DNA of 64,000 bases, taken from contig OZ037766.1 in NCBI GenBank assembly GCA_964035545.1, positions 20,634,767-20,698,766 of the forward strand. Reading direction: 5' to 3'. Of this stretch, positions 15,401 to 28,723 are shown piece after piece. The stretch comes from Bugula neritina (lineage: Eukaryota; Animalia; Bryozoa). The notes beneath the pieces are model-generated. The model did no database searches and was not told the DNA's origin. It saw only the letters and a list, made by a program, of their open reading frames with translations. Within the stretch, counting starts at the first letter, position 1. The number at the start of each line of letters is the position of its first letter. Position numbers and translations under genes: made by a program.

Positions 15401-18400
15401 TTGGGATATGGGTTGAAATTTTTGAGAAAACATAACTTCTTTTGCTACATTTCTAATCTAGAACACAGGCTTTCCTCCATTACTTTACCTACTTCAGAAC
15501 ACAGATGCAAAGCTGTAGCCCACAGTACATGATTAAATTATTATAAAATTGTCAGTTTTTATTAAACTAGCATTTTCTAGAGAATAGTCATGATCTTGCT
15601 ATATCATTAGTCAAACTATTTAATGTTGCAAAGGAAATAGGTCTTTGAATAACACGGGTATGACTGGCTAAAAGTTACATTTATATAGGAACTTCTTGAA
15701 AAATGACTGTTTCAGTTTCTAAAACCCCTGACCTGCAAGTGCTAAGCATTAGTCTACAGCTAAAATCCGTGCATAAGCTAGACGAAAGTTATTAGCTAAG
15801 GAAAAGTTCAAGTCTAAGTAGCTAATAACAAAACTTTTTAAGATCTGTAATAGTAATAACTATTGGTTCATACTATACTTTAATTCTCATTTTGATATAA
15901 AGATTTTATTTTATTGTCATTAAGTAACGTGAAATAAAATATACCACAAAATAGCAAAGAATAAATAATTAATAACTAATATCCAGTAACTAATAATCAA
16001 TAACTGGATTTGTACCTTTACGTAGTCTAGACTCTAGAACAAAATACTCCGGCACATGCCACAATAAAAGAAACTAATATTACCACCACACAACCTAATG
16101 AATAAATTTGTGTTAACTCAAGCCACTCTTAAAGATGTAACCTTCACATCATACAGATAGTTTGAATCAGCCCTGGTTAGAGTGTTCTATCACAGAATAT
16201 TCATTACTGAGTGTATTATTCGAAAGCATTCTAACCATAATTTATTACAATTATAATAACACTATACTATATAGCCAAGAGATCCCGCTACCGGAACATG
16301 AGAAAGTGGAGATAGGTGAGAAAATATAGCCAAGACATCAATTTACACCCTTTAGGACGGCTCAGTACCCACAAATCAAAGCTGACTGTCACTACGAGCA
16401 GTTTTTGAACAATATAACCTAATTCCTTAGAATTCCTATATTTTGTTCTTCACGTTACTAGAAAAATTGAGAATTGTCATCTCCATAACAGCTGAACTCC
16501 GGAGGTTTTTTAACTCATTTTAATTCAATTAATAATCATAATGTTAGTGAGCTTTCTCATATATCATTAAAATACTAAGAGATACAAAATAGTTGTTTGT
16601 GTTAGCCCTGCTATAGGCCATGCGAAACTCAATAAGGGATAGAAACTTCAACCGTGGCAATAAATAAAAAGTTTAAGCTGAAGCAGTTACCACATGCAAC
16701 TGTTGAGTGATAAACTATAGAAATATATTCTAAAGTCCTTAAGCGTATGACTGACTTTGTGTGAGAATAAGAAGTATACCTGTTGAAGGAGATTGAGTTG
16801 CTGTGATAGTGAGTCCAGAGACTTATCTGTAGCTTTTTGAACCTCCTTCACATGTTCACACTTTGTCACCTGCATAAGAAGATCCACATAATTATGCCTA
16901 CAGCGATCATATGTCTGAGTTTTATCATAATAAAATTTATGAAATTTCGATATGTTAATAGACACATTATTCTAAAATTCAAATGAAGTGATGAATGAAT
17001 GAAAAGCATATTTCTGTATACTGAATCAAATGTGAAATAAGTGTTAACAGCGATGTGAAGTTTCTTTAAATTGACTGAAAATATGAGCTGGATATATATT
17101 TTAGAATATCATTAGTATTATATTTCCTTATAATCATCATGAAACATAGTTCACTGTGAATATTGCTTGTAGGGGAAGATAAATCCTGTAATTTGCACAA
17201 TGTGCTTTTTGCTATGTATTAAGTCAGTTTTGGTGAGCAAGTCGTAGGCACTATTTATTATCCATTCCATGTAGAGTATAGACTTTGCACTTTGCACAAT
17301 TGTCCAAAGTGACTTCATTTTTATGTTAATTGTCATGCATGCTTCATTGGTTTGAAGGGAGAAAAGTAAATGACTTATAATTCAGTCAGTTTATCAATTC
17401 ACAAAAACTTGTAATATGTTTTCCGATACTTGATTTGCGTTTATACCTTCACGATTTTCAGTCAGAAATTCAATTTGGCTGAGTTGAAATTTCACCAAGT
17501 TGCTTTGCATTGTGGGCTTTCGCAGCAATATAATTTCACGGAGTTTTAGTAAGACTATAAAGGAGTACCCGGACAAGTGTTATTAACTGAAATTCAGTAT
17601 TTTGTTTCAGCAGAGGTATAAACGCAACTTAGGACAGTTACAGTTAGCTAGTTCAAAGCTCATGTATTGTGAAAAGTGAGTAACCTACCAGCCATTGAGT
17701 GTAGTTAGTAATGGCCTCATCGATATCTTCAGAGAAATCTGCTGTGGAAATACTGGGGTAAAGAGCAGACAACTTCTCCATAAGATCCTTCAGTAATGTC
17801 CAAATTTAAATACATAATATGCATGTCTATGTAACAGTAGATGCTAACAAAACACTACTTCAAGCTCTACACTTCTCAGTATACTAGATTATTACCAAAC
17901 AAACGCAAGTAAGAAACAGAATATTCAACTGAAATTCCTAAATAAATTAGAAGTTAAACATATTTCACTTAAATCATGATAGTAACACAACTCATTAGAA
18001 CACAAAATTAAACTTTTCCCACTCACTTTCAGTAAGCCTGAGCCAATCTATTTATAAAATGAGTAACATAACTGTAGTGTGACTCATGCAATCAACACCC
18101 ACAGTGTTCTATTATTCTACAGCTAGACAGTACTAGATACTCTACAATTAGTCTAGACTCTAGAGAGTCTAGACTCTAGAGCATATTATATTTCATAGCA
18201 TACACATCAGTATATGATTTGGTTACATCATTGAACATAAACTGATTCCACCAAAGCTAGGCAAATCAACAATATTATGAAAAAATTTGTGTGTTGGCTA
18301 CAAACTTTTAGAAAATTATACTATTATTTAATAATCTCTCTCTCTATTATTTACTAATACAAATTCAAATACTACACTATTTACCTAAGTTTTCTGTGCA

Positions 18401-21400
18401 TTTCTTGATGACAAAAAATAAACAATCGGTCATCCATTGTACCTTAATTAGAAAAGATGCCTGAAATGAATTTAATTGTTTATGAAGAATAAAGTGAATG
18501 CATGAACATCTAAATAAACTACAATGGCTTGAATTTTTTAAGAGAAAATAACTCCTGAGAAAAGCTGTGATAAGGAGAAACTTACGTCGAGCTGTGTTTG
18601 TCTGTCTGGAATACTGAGCTCTTCAAACCGTTTCTGGCATGTCTCAGCAGCCTTGCAGAAGAGAGTTCTAGTCTCATTGCGCCTGTCTATCAGCTCCTTG
18701 TCTAACACATTCACCTACCAATAAACACTGAGGTTTAATGAATTCTCTCAATGTAAAAATCACCTGATGCTCCAGATGAGATGGGTTATTAAAGTGACTG
18801 TCTTGCTCGCTATACCTAAATTTGCAAGTATTGATTGGAGGGTATGAAATGCCTTACAGAATTCCTGATCTGCTCTTGCTGGTTGAGGTAGTCTGAATGA
18901 AGAGTAAGAACAGGAGCAAATATCTCATCGTGGTAGGCTTGAGTGAACTTAGTATCAAAGAGAATAGTAATGACTTGCTCTAACATTCCATCATTTGAGG
19001 CAGCCAGTTGCGATCTAAAGAGTTGGAATTAATCTAGACATGACAAACACACACACAGTAAATTTGTAAGACTAGTCAGTAAAGAACAGAGCTAGGAAAT
19101 GGAAAGCAATATGTGAGTTTATTAAGCATATGTTAAAACTTCATTTAGTATCGCAGTATAGTATAGTATAGTATAGTATATTATAGTATAGTATGGTATA
19201 TCATAGTATAGTATGGTATAGTATAGTATTGTATAGTAAGTATAGTAAAGTATAATATAGTATTGTATAGCAAGTATAGTATCGTATAATATAGTATTGT
19301 ATAGCAAGTATAGTATCGTATAATATAGTATTGTATAGCAAGTATAGTATCGTATAATATAGTATTGTATAGTAAGTATAGTAAAGTATAATATAGTATA
19401 GTATAGTAAGTATAGTAAAGTATAATATAATATTGTATAGTAAGTATAGTACAGTATAGTATAGTATAATATAGTATTGTATAGTATGTATAGTACAGTA
19501 AAGTATAGTATAGTATAGTATAGTAAAGTATAGTATATTATAGTGTATTATAGTACTTTTATCTCTTAGTTTCCTTCACTCAACACTCACCTCTGTTTCT
19601 TCACTAAAGCTAAATCCCTGTAGAGCTCAGTATTGAGCTCATCAATAGACTTCTGTGCAGAAAGATGCTGAATCTTTTTGTTAGCGACAGTTAACTGTTT
19701 CTTTAGAGTGGAGGTCTCCGTATTTAACCTTGAAATCGTGCTCTCTTGCTGGGTACACTACATAAGTGATGTAACATTATGGCTAACTGCATATATTGTT
19801 ACTCTGCTAGCAAAAGAATGTTAGCTATTGAGTACAACTGACCACTTACATTTTAAGAGTCTAAACCAGTTTACTAGATAAGTACATATAGTAACACCAT
19901 CTTTTGATGGAATCCAAAACATAAAAATGAAGATGGTAAATTCGTGTAAATACAAGCCAGCCATTTACAACAAAAGCTTTCTGCGCGAATTACATGCTGC
20001 CGAATTTTACATCTGGCTAATCAGTTGCCTATAATAAAACAATTACTAAAATTAAGATAATATAATCTATTTCTAATTTTTGTCCTCAGAACAACCAAGT
20101 AAATTCCTAAAACTAAAAAAACTCATTTCCAATAAACAATTGGCTTGCTTGTTGACAGCTCTACAAGTGCAACAGCAGCTAAATAGTTAGTGAAAGTATC
20201 TGTCAAGTATATTAAATGTAAAACCCTTTTGTCTGGCATAAATATGAAATACAAATACCACTTTGGCAAAATTCTTGTGCTAGTATACTACTTGTAACCA
20301 AATAAGGTATTGGAAGCAAAAATCAAATCTACACCAAAGAGAAAAAGTACTCTGAAATAACCAGACACACCTGGCTTTGCAGGGCTTGCACTGCAGCTGT
20401 GTCTCCAGCCCCCTGCTGTATCTTAGCAGAAGAGAGGTCACTTGCACCTTTATTCTTTTTCTTATTCTTTTGATTTCTTGGTGCATTAGTTTTAGAGTTG
20501 CTGGAATGATACAAGAAGAAAATTGACAAGCTCCAACATACACAGACTGTGGGTGTCCGTGTGTGCAATAACGCGAGCATGTGTGCATGTGGTGTATGCG
20601 GTGCGTGTATGCAGTGTGTGTATGTGTGTGTGGAGTGTGCCTGTGTATGTGGTGTGCGTGTATGTGGTGTGCTTGTGTATGTGTGTGAAGTGTGTGTATG
20701 ATCTAGCTGACAGCCAAAGGACTCAGTCTCATTACGAGAGAAACCTCTAGAGTCTAGAACAATCAATAAACTAACCCATTGTCGCCTTCGCCAGCTCGAG
20801 ATTCAACGGGCATTCCTGGAGACTTTGGGAAAAGAGGTAAAGTCACGTAGCTAGACTTTTGTAGCTCAGACCTTAGAGATTTGCCGGTTTCCTTGTTTAT
20901 TAGGTCAACGCTGTTATCTGCAGCTTCCTCACACTCTAGAAGTACCTCTTGCCAGCTGTTCAACAACTCCTTTACCTATACAACAGTGGTTATATATGAT
21001 ACATCAAGCCCTGTAAATATATAACATTATGTTTGTACACCAGACACTTCATCTTACCACACAAAGTGTTCTACACCCACAATATCCACCAATAAGCAAC
21101 CACTTGATATACAAATAAATCAATTAATCAAGTAAAGCTAAGGAAAAACTATACTTTTTCAGTATGTTCTGTTTTAACTATGAGGTCCTTGAGATGATGT
21201 TTGGCGGCAGCTGGAGGCACAACAGACATGGCAGCAGGCAGCACCTTAATTTCATTTCTTTGTACTGTAGATTGGTTGCCGTAATCAACAAACTGCACCA
21301 CACACTAAAAATAAAAATTATGGTAAACTTTTAAAAAAACATTTCATATTTCTATAATTCAATGATCAAGGGATATAGTGAGAAATATGAAGTAAATTGA

Positions 21401-24400
21401 AATACACGGGTCATGATTAAAAAACATTTTAAACTACATGATAATCTCAAGTTCTTTACAGCAAGAAAAAGACATGCTATACAACCATGCTGAAGGGTAA
21501 AAATCATAATTCATTTGTTGGCTAATTTTGACCACATATAGATGTACAAATTCTGTGTAGTAAACTCAATAAGCATCTGTATGTTAAGTTTTATATTAGA
21601 TTTTAAAAGCGGTCATGATGGTTGGGTTGACTGATAACGATAACCAGGATTTGATGGTGCATTTAGAGGTTAAGGCACCCACCAGGTTGACATGTAAAGG
21701 ATAGAAAGACAGACTAACTTACCGAGCTACCGCTGATACTAAGTACAACACCTCTGTACCAGGATTCATCTTCAGAAAACAGGGCAGCATACATCTAGAT
21801 ACAATATCACCAGTGTAAGGCAATTTAATGTGACAATGAGAAAGCAAGTTTAGACTATAATTACACAATTATGAACAGTACAAAATTATGTTATATATGA
21901 TCAACAGAACATGTATGCTATATGATCAACAGAACATGTATGCTATATGATCAACAGAACATGTTATATGATCAACAGAACATGTTATATGATCAACAGA
22001 ACATGTTATATGATCAACAGAACATGTTATATGATCAACAGAACATGTTATATGATCAACAGAACATGTTATATGATCAACAGAACATGTTATATGATCA
22101 ACAGAACATGCTATATGATCAACAGAACATGCTATATGATCAACAGAACATGTTATAATTAACCTTGACACATCCAATTGTTTCACTAGTTTATGATTGA
22201 AGCATTAATCTTGAACATGTTGAAAGAACTGTGAGCAATAAAGATCTAAATACTAGTTCTACAACATTTTCCTTTATTTTATAAACACAAGGATGTCTAG
22301 ACTATTCAAATACAGAACAGAGTCAGACCTGGTTTTGCTGGATGTTAGAGACGACAGCAGCTTCCTGGCAGTGCAGGTTGAGCTCCTTCTGCAGATTGAG
22401 ATAGTTAACAGCTCTATTACCACTTACGTTCTGCACATACAGCTCGTCTATACCATTGCTGTGAGAGAGAACAGCCTGAAAACAGCATAACTCAACAAGT
22501 TGACATTAATGGGTAAGCACTGAAGTAACCCCCTCCCCACAATTCCATGGGTCAAACTAAGAAAATTCATAATAAAATATAAAAAGTCTCAAGGAGCTAT
22601 TTAAATTGCCGAAAAGTATCATATTTACTGTCTAGTGTTGGTGTGTTTTTTACCTATCTAACAATGTTGTAATATTATAACTAGGGCAGCATTAATTAGT
22701 TAATGTTTAATACAGAACAACAACACCTACCATATATTTTTGTATAGCCTCCTGGGATAGAGGGCCGACTCTGGCCTTTGATGAGTGGTTTCTAAAACAC
22801 CATGATTAAACATTGAAACATCTGTGACAAATATTTGGCTACAATCTCATTCAAGTTTAAAATGCTTTCGACTAGCAGCCCACTTTATCCCCTTCAATAA
22901 ATGGATGAACACTACTAATAATAAATACTATTGAAGGACAATAATAATTCAAGGTTAAAAACATTTTGAAATCTACACCAAAATCAGTTAGAAAACTTGA
23001 CAACGTAAAGATGCTCCAGTTAACACAATCAAATAATTGTTCACCTTTAAAATGATTTAGTGTAGTGATATATGCCTCTCATATTATATTGACTATAGAA
23101 CAACCTTTGCTATAAAGTTTGCTTGTAATTGTTAGCAATGTCTTTTTTGTTACGCAATTGATAATAATTATCCTCATAAAAATAAGCAATATTTGTGTGC
23201 CGTGAGGTGAAGTGATTATGGAAGTGGCTGCCAACTTTACACATTTGTAGAAGTTTACCGACTGCTTGGGCTGGTTATATTACTAGGGACTTCGCCAAAA
23301 CTAAAATTGTTTCCAGGTGCACCGGTGCCATTAAGACTATTATGGTCTGGCCTACAAAACGATACTAGAATATAAATATTTTATAAATAATATAATATAA
23401 TTTAGCATTGTAATTTCCCATTCACAATGCAGCTAAAAGCATTCGGCCTATTGTCACAACTTCAGACAGGTTTTTGAGACTTTGCAAAAATATGAATGAC
23501 AAAATGTACCAACCAGATAGAATGGTTATAAGTAAGCACTGGGCAAAAATTTACATCTAATTTATTTTCAATAAATAAAGCTTATTTGCTGACAAATATT
23601 ATTTACTGGTGATTAAACTTCATGTAGTTAGTATACATTTACTAAGAATAACCACAAGTAACAGCAGGCTACGCTACATATAAAGAATATATGCAATTGG
23701 AACACTTTTCACTATACAAAGGATGGAGTGTAATGATTTAATTATAGCACATACAGTAGTGCAAAAAAAACTGTGAGACAATGCATTTGACATTTAATTT
23801 CAAACTAAAAAGGGAAAAAAATGGAGCTAGCACAGTCAACTAAAGCCATAATGCGTTGCAATGAGAAAAACACAATTTTTAATGGGTCTCACCAATTTGA
23901 CTGCAACAAGAATATTTTCAAGACTATTTTTATGCAATCAGTAAAATGATAAAAATTGAAGTTCAATTTCTCAGTTCAGTTTCTATAATATTTTGTATTT
24001 TAAAAATAAATTCTGTCAACAGGATTCTCGTTGCATTTCATGCTTTTTTCTCAGTAATTACCAGTTGAAATAATAATTATAGGCAACATAATATAAGGGA
24101 TTTAAAACCTTACAACTCAAAACCATGGTATTCCAAATTTACAATTTATGCTGAAATTCGAAGAATTACGAATCTTATTTTTCGTCTAAATTTCAGTTCA
24201 GCTATAACTTGGAAAAGAAATTGCATGCAACTGCGATAACACATACCTAGAGTATTTAGCAGGAGAGAAAACAACTGTCTGACCCTGGATTGTCGCCGTT
24301 CGAGATTCTATACAGGCTTTGGCTTTTTCCGAATTCTCAAATACAACAAATCTATACAAATCAACAAAATCGTGTATGCTAAAATTCTGGTGGAGAATAA

Positions 24401-26492
24401 AAACTCAGTTTAATTCAAAATTTCCGTTAGTGGTTTATAAACAACAATATAATTTTTCTTCACATTTGTTGTAAAGATAACTTACCCAAAAGGGTCTTGT
24501 TTTTCATTTCGCTGAGGTAGAGGATCTTTTACCAAACAAGGGCCAAAGTGCAATTTTAAGTACTTTGATAAAGACTCCTAATAAGTATAACAAGATTCAC
24601 ACAGCTATAGAAGCATTAGTCTAAACTCTATGGTACCAGTGAAGAGTTAGGAGGTAGAACAAAGTTAAGTTATAATCATTGCAGGGCTCTCTTAATAGGA
24701 TGAGAAGACAATTGATAAAAAAAACCTGGACCGACTCTCAAAAAACAATAACATATTGTAACACTAATTATAAATAGTATTGTTTTATTTATATCTTGTT
24801 TATTTTAAAGTTAAAATTATATTTTTTGGTGTGCTGTGAGCAAACTTGCTTGGCTAGGCGACAGTAATATGTGATTTTGTGGTTTTTGATTGGTAACAAG
24901 CGAAAAATATGCACAGCTCAAAAATTGGTTTGACCGTTATGCGATATCAAACTAAAATTAAATGATTATTACAACCAGATATCTAATATGCCCTTTCTTA
25001 TATGAATCATATACTGAAGAGCTTAGAGAAGTGTAGTCTAGCAGACTACAAATTTGTTAAGCACAGTTACTGTTGTACTAGGCTAGCAATTTGAATCCTA
25101 CAGGAGTTGTTGGTGAGATTAGAAAGTGCACTTAGTCAGAACTGCCTTTATGGAACTGCCTACCAGGGCATCCTTAAGCTATGTTAAATTGGCTAAAGGT
25201 AGAAAAATCTATAACTCTCAACCCCCCCCCCCCCTATTAATTAGTTAAGACAGTTGCATGAAGCTTGCCTAATTAAGCTTCAGAACATTTACCCCAACTG
25301 TATTTATGAAGGTTGCTATTTTATGCGATTTACACAAAATAAATGTTTATTGAATTTAGTAAGAAACAATATTATGTAGATGCACACAAATTAAAACAGA
25401 ATCATTTTTGTTGATTAACTTAAAAACTTAGTGGGCTATTTTAGACATTTTATTAAAATTAAATTATTTAAAAAGCTATACTTAATAAGCTACCAGCATG
25501 TTCATGAAAATTAATAGTAATACACAATCAACTAAAACTTATATAGTTACAGTTCAATGGTAATACCTAGGGCTACTGCTTGCATATTTCATTGTAATAC
25601 ATTATTATATAGTAATATTAATTGGTATAACTATAATAACAACACAAACATTACCAATATCAGCAACATTTTGTGGATATTAGTCTAAAGTATAAAACTG
25701 AAAAAATGTAAATGAAAAGCTGGTGAACTACTTCATTTTTATTTTTAGATTCTATATAAAAAATAATAAGAGTTCCTTTTGATTTTGACATTTTCTTCCA
25801 TAAAATTGAATGAGGGAAATTTAAGTTAGGAATACTCTTAATCTTACAGTTATTTGGTAATGCTCACAGCACTGGGTGAGTGGGTAGTTAAAATTATATT
25901 CATATTGTTTCACCCACTAGTACTTGGTAACTAAAAGTAGTTGCAGACTTGCACTTACAGGGTTACATACAGTTTCACTCATTGCTGATTACGCACTGAT
26001 TAGTATTACTATTACTGGAGGCGGAGCTGGCCCAATTATGATTTAATTGTAGTCATTAGTCTCACGCTTAGATTTAATTACACTGAAACTCATTGTCAAT
26101 GTGATTGTCATTCATATTGTCGTTATGATTCAGTTTTACACTGATAGTGATAGGCCGTTGCGACAAACAATTACAATCACAATGTAAATGAGGCGATGAT
26201 TGACAATCACAATCACAATGGAATGGCAATGGGCATGGCTGGAGCAAATGTTTTACTATCTACTGACAGTGACTACTATAACTATTGACCAGAACTAAAT
26301 ATCAAAGTTTTAATTTTTACTTGAACTTTCAGTTTCACTAGAAAGAAAGCTTTCACTTCTGACTTAATCTTCAGGTATTGGTACTACTAGTACTACCAGT
26401 GGCGATTAATAATAATTCAATTTTAAATTAATAAACTTTACCTTGGTCACCGTATAATTGCCTACATGAACTTGTCTGTCATTGTCACTCAT
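9424..26492 (-). CDS. STK31: STK31/TDRD8-like protein: RRM + extended Tudor + coiled coil + truncated pseudokinase N-lobe, 914 aa, 23 exons
   Basis: Exons (minus): 26442-26492, 24486-24577, 24247-24351, 23259-23351, 22731-22791, 22329-22475, 21723-21794, 21155-21304, 20776-20975, 20371-20500, 19591-19757, 18858-19014, 18586-18714, 17689-17787, 16780-16869, 12551-12691, 12122-12238, 11792-11932, 11482-11670, 11092-11190, 10648-10758, 10178-10310, 9424-9494. Total 2745 nt, open throughout, phases consistent. Motifs: RRM (VHVGN; PFGFVVF), Tudor (YAALFSEDESWYRGVV...VQFVDYGN), and LKELRSKLRHKMADLDD / LSQQFFPEFVLQYPKMNL / KPVILK, which resemble the STK31 pre-kinase region as I recall it. Confidence 0.8.
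9728..10129 (-). mobile_element. Non-autonomous hAT-like MITE (uninterrupted copy of the element at 36633-38553)
   Basis: Degenerate TIRs (caaggttgggg / ccccaaaccgg), internal gtaatt/aattac repeats, and colinear similarity to 36633-36862 + 38305-38553. The flanks share taaatac (TSD-like). Confidence 0.8.
13436..14065 (+). CDS. Intronless orphan ORF (209 aa, basic), nested antisense in an STK31 intron
   Basis: 630-nt ORF in AT-rich intron 12692-16779, with higher GC than its flanks, an AACATGG start context and AATAAA plus an A-run at ~14127-14140. No recognisable domain. Confidence 0.6.
   Translation: MADVKILKLLKTHERQKIDLRLRQLKLNTYKPERCDAKPTSLNKMKSSMLSSPDVRYQDMSKLSAKMLLKHRRYFYSPLAKNGRYERNAKQLAPFKLPQLHSFKKVITPSAKVDLSIHGKQLPTLPQIHKMKQGMAHSEDMFRKINKELIERHPKPVPPGKERKKFYVEAECDEDSYNYYQHYEVMRVSVLAKVHDWLYTNPTPVSKEL
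15338..15480. repeat. Dispersed repeat fragment shared (inverted) with ~45725-45851
   Basis: ggagcagtagtggagaaattgagatagcctaagttctttaa at 15340 is the reverse complement of ttaaagaacttaggctatctcaatttctccactactgctcc at ~45810. The adjacent acacaggcttt segment also matches. Confidence 0.75.
19156..19552. repeat. (TATAG)n-based degenerate microsatellite
   Basis: Directly visible tandem tatag/tagta units with higher-order ~32-bp repeats. Confidence 0.95.
21892..22156. repeat. 21-bp minisatellite, ~12 copies (tatatgatcaacagaacatg[t/c])
   Basis: Direct tandem repeat in the STK31 intron between the Tudor-region exons. Confidence 0.97.
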
Positions 26493-27257
26493 ATTGAAAC
26501 AAAACGGTAAAAAAAAGTATGCAGCTCTAAGTAGTAGGCTTAAAATTTTATGACAAAATACTAAGAATAATTTAAGGTATTTACATTAACATTTTTAATT
26601 TGATTTAATCAAATGCTGCTTGCAGTTGCTTCGCACATGTAGTAACGCACCGCACTCAAGTTTGTGGATGACTCAAGGAGGTGCTAGATGCAGCACAAAG
26701 TCTGGGATCATTGAATGTAGTGTTTGTATAACTCCAAACCCTTAACTCTAAACTTTGGACTTATCAAACCTTTGTACTCAGTGACCACTAACTTTGCGCT
26801 GTTTCAAGCTATATTTCCGATTTCTCGTCTCCGGAAGTATGGTGAGTGTCGGTTTCCACCTCAAGCAAATTATGCGAAGTAAACGGTTTAACTTACGACT
26901 TTCCATAATGATATTGTACTTTTCTATGCTAATGGACAGCAACTCCAAAACTTCAGTTGAACAACTTTGATGAAGCGCAGTTTGAAGACCGGGAGTTTCA
27001 TTATAATTATGGATATCATATTATTATGTTATTATTATGCGCGCGTGTGTGCGTGCTTGCGCGTGTTTCAGCAGCTATAAGGATAACATGCCATAAAAGT
27101 TTAAAATAACTATCATTAGTTTTTTAATACATGTTTCACTGACTTCATAGTGGATAGAAAACGGTTTCAGCGTGGGCACAGAATTTCTTATAAAACACAG
27201 TTGTTTAGGCGTACTATTCTTACACAGATTGTTATAGATGACATCTAAGCATTTTGG

Positions 27258-27729
<472 letters not shown>

Positions 27730-28723
27730 ACAAAACGCATATTAAGTCATTATAGCAACCTTCATTATTTAGGTATAAGTTTTAGATTCTTAGGTTTAAA
27801 TGTTATTCCGTACACATAGGTTTTATTTCTATAAACTTAAGTATCCCTATATTATGTCAATTTCTTTGCAAAGACCACTTAGCAACGAACCTATTCTATT
27901 CAAGTAAAGAGACAGCACAAAATTAACATATTTTCAAAGTGGCAGCTTACTTAACTCATTTATTACACATCTCTTAATACTGGCAGCAATTTGAACATAA
28001 ATATGACTACACCCACCAGCATTGCTCACGAAAAAATATGTGCCTTTATATTATATACATATAAGAAAGTTTGTGGGTGAAACTATTGATTTTGTATATG
28101 CGTAGTATTCAATTTAATATTAGGTAAGATTTCAGGGGTGAACCTACTAAAAACATTTGGTTGAATAAATAATATTCCTTGAAAACTGAGAGTACTACCA
28201 CTGCTACCACTATCACTATTACTACTACTAATACTGCTAATGCTGCTACTACTACTAAACTGTAACAAACATATAGGTTATACCAATTAATAATAACTAG
28301 ATTACTAGAGTTTCTAATTTTCATAGTAGATTATGATTTCAAGCACCTGTGTATGAACAGTTTTAACTGAGATTGCAATTTATCTAATGTAACAAGTAAT
28401 CTGCAACAGATGACAAGCACCTAAAAATTAAACAATATAATATGCTAACCACAATTTCTTATTCCTAAAAAAAAGGAAAACAAATATAATTTAACTATAT
28501 AAAAGGCTTAATGGTCAGTAATGTGAAACAAATTAATATACATGTGCTCCATAAATGAAGACTTTTTACAGAAGTTTTTACATTTTCGTAAAGTAAAAAG
28601 TGGGCGGAGATATCAACATTTCCAACTATCATGCAGTAAAAGCCTCTAATAACTAATGGAGATAAATCTACAATACATTAGGGTATATTACAAATTACAA
28701 AAAAGTAGGTATTTACACAATTG

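Noticed and set aside
17394-17576. Minus-strand 60-aa ORF inside STK31 as an extra exon
   Set aside because: The available acceptor gives the wrong phase, and the flanking exons join in frame without it.
21892-22186. CRISPR-like or repeat-protein ORFs (MLYDQQN)n
   Set aside because: Direct tandem units with no unique spacers, in a eukaryotic intron.
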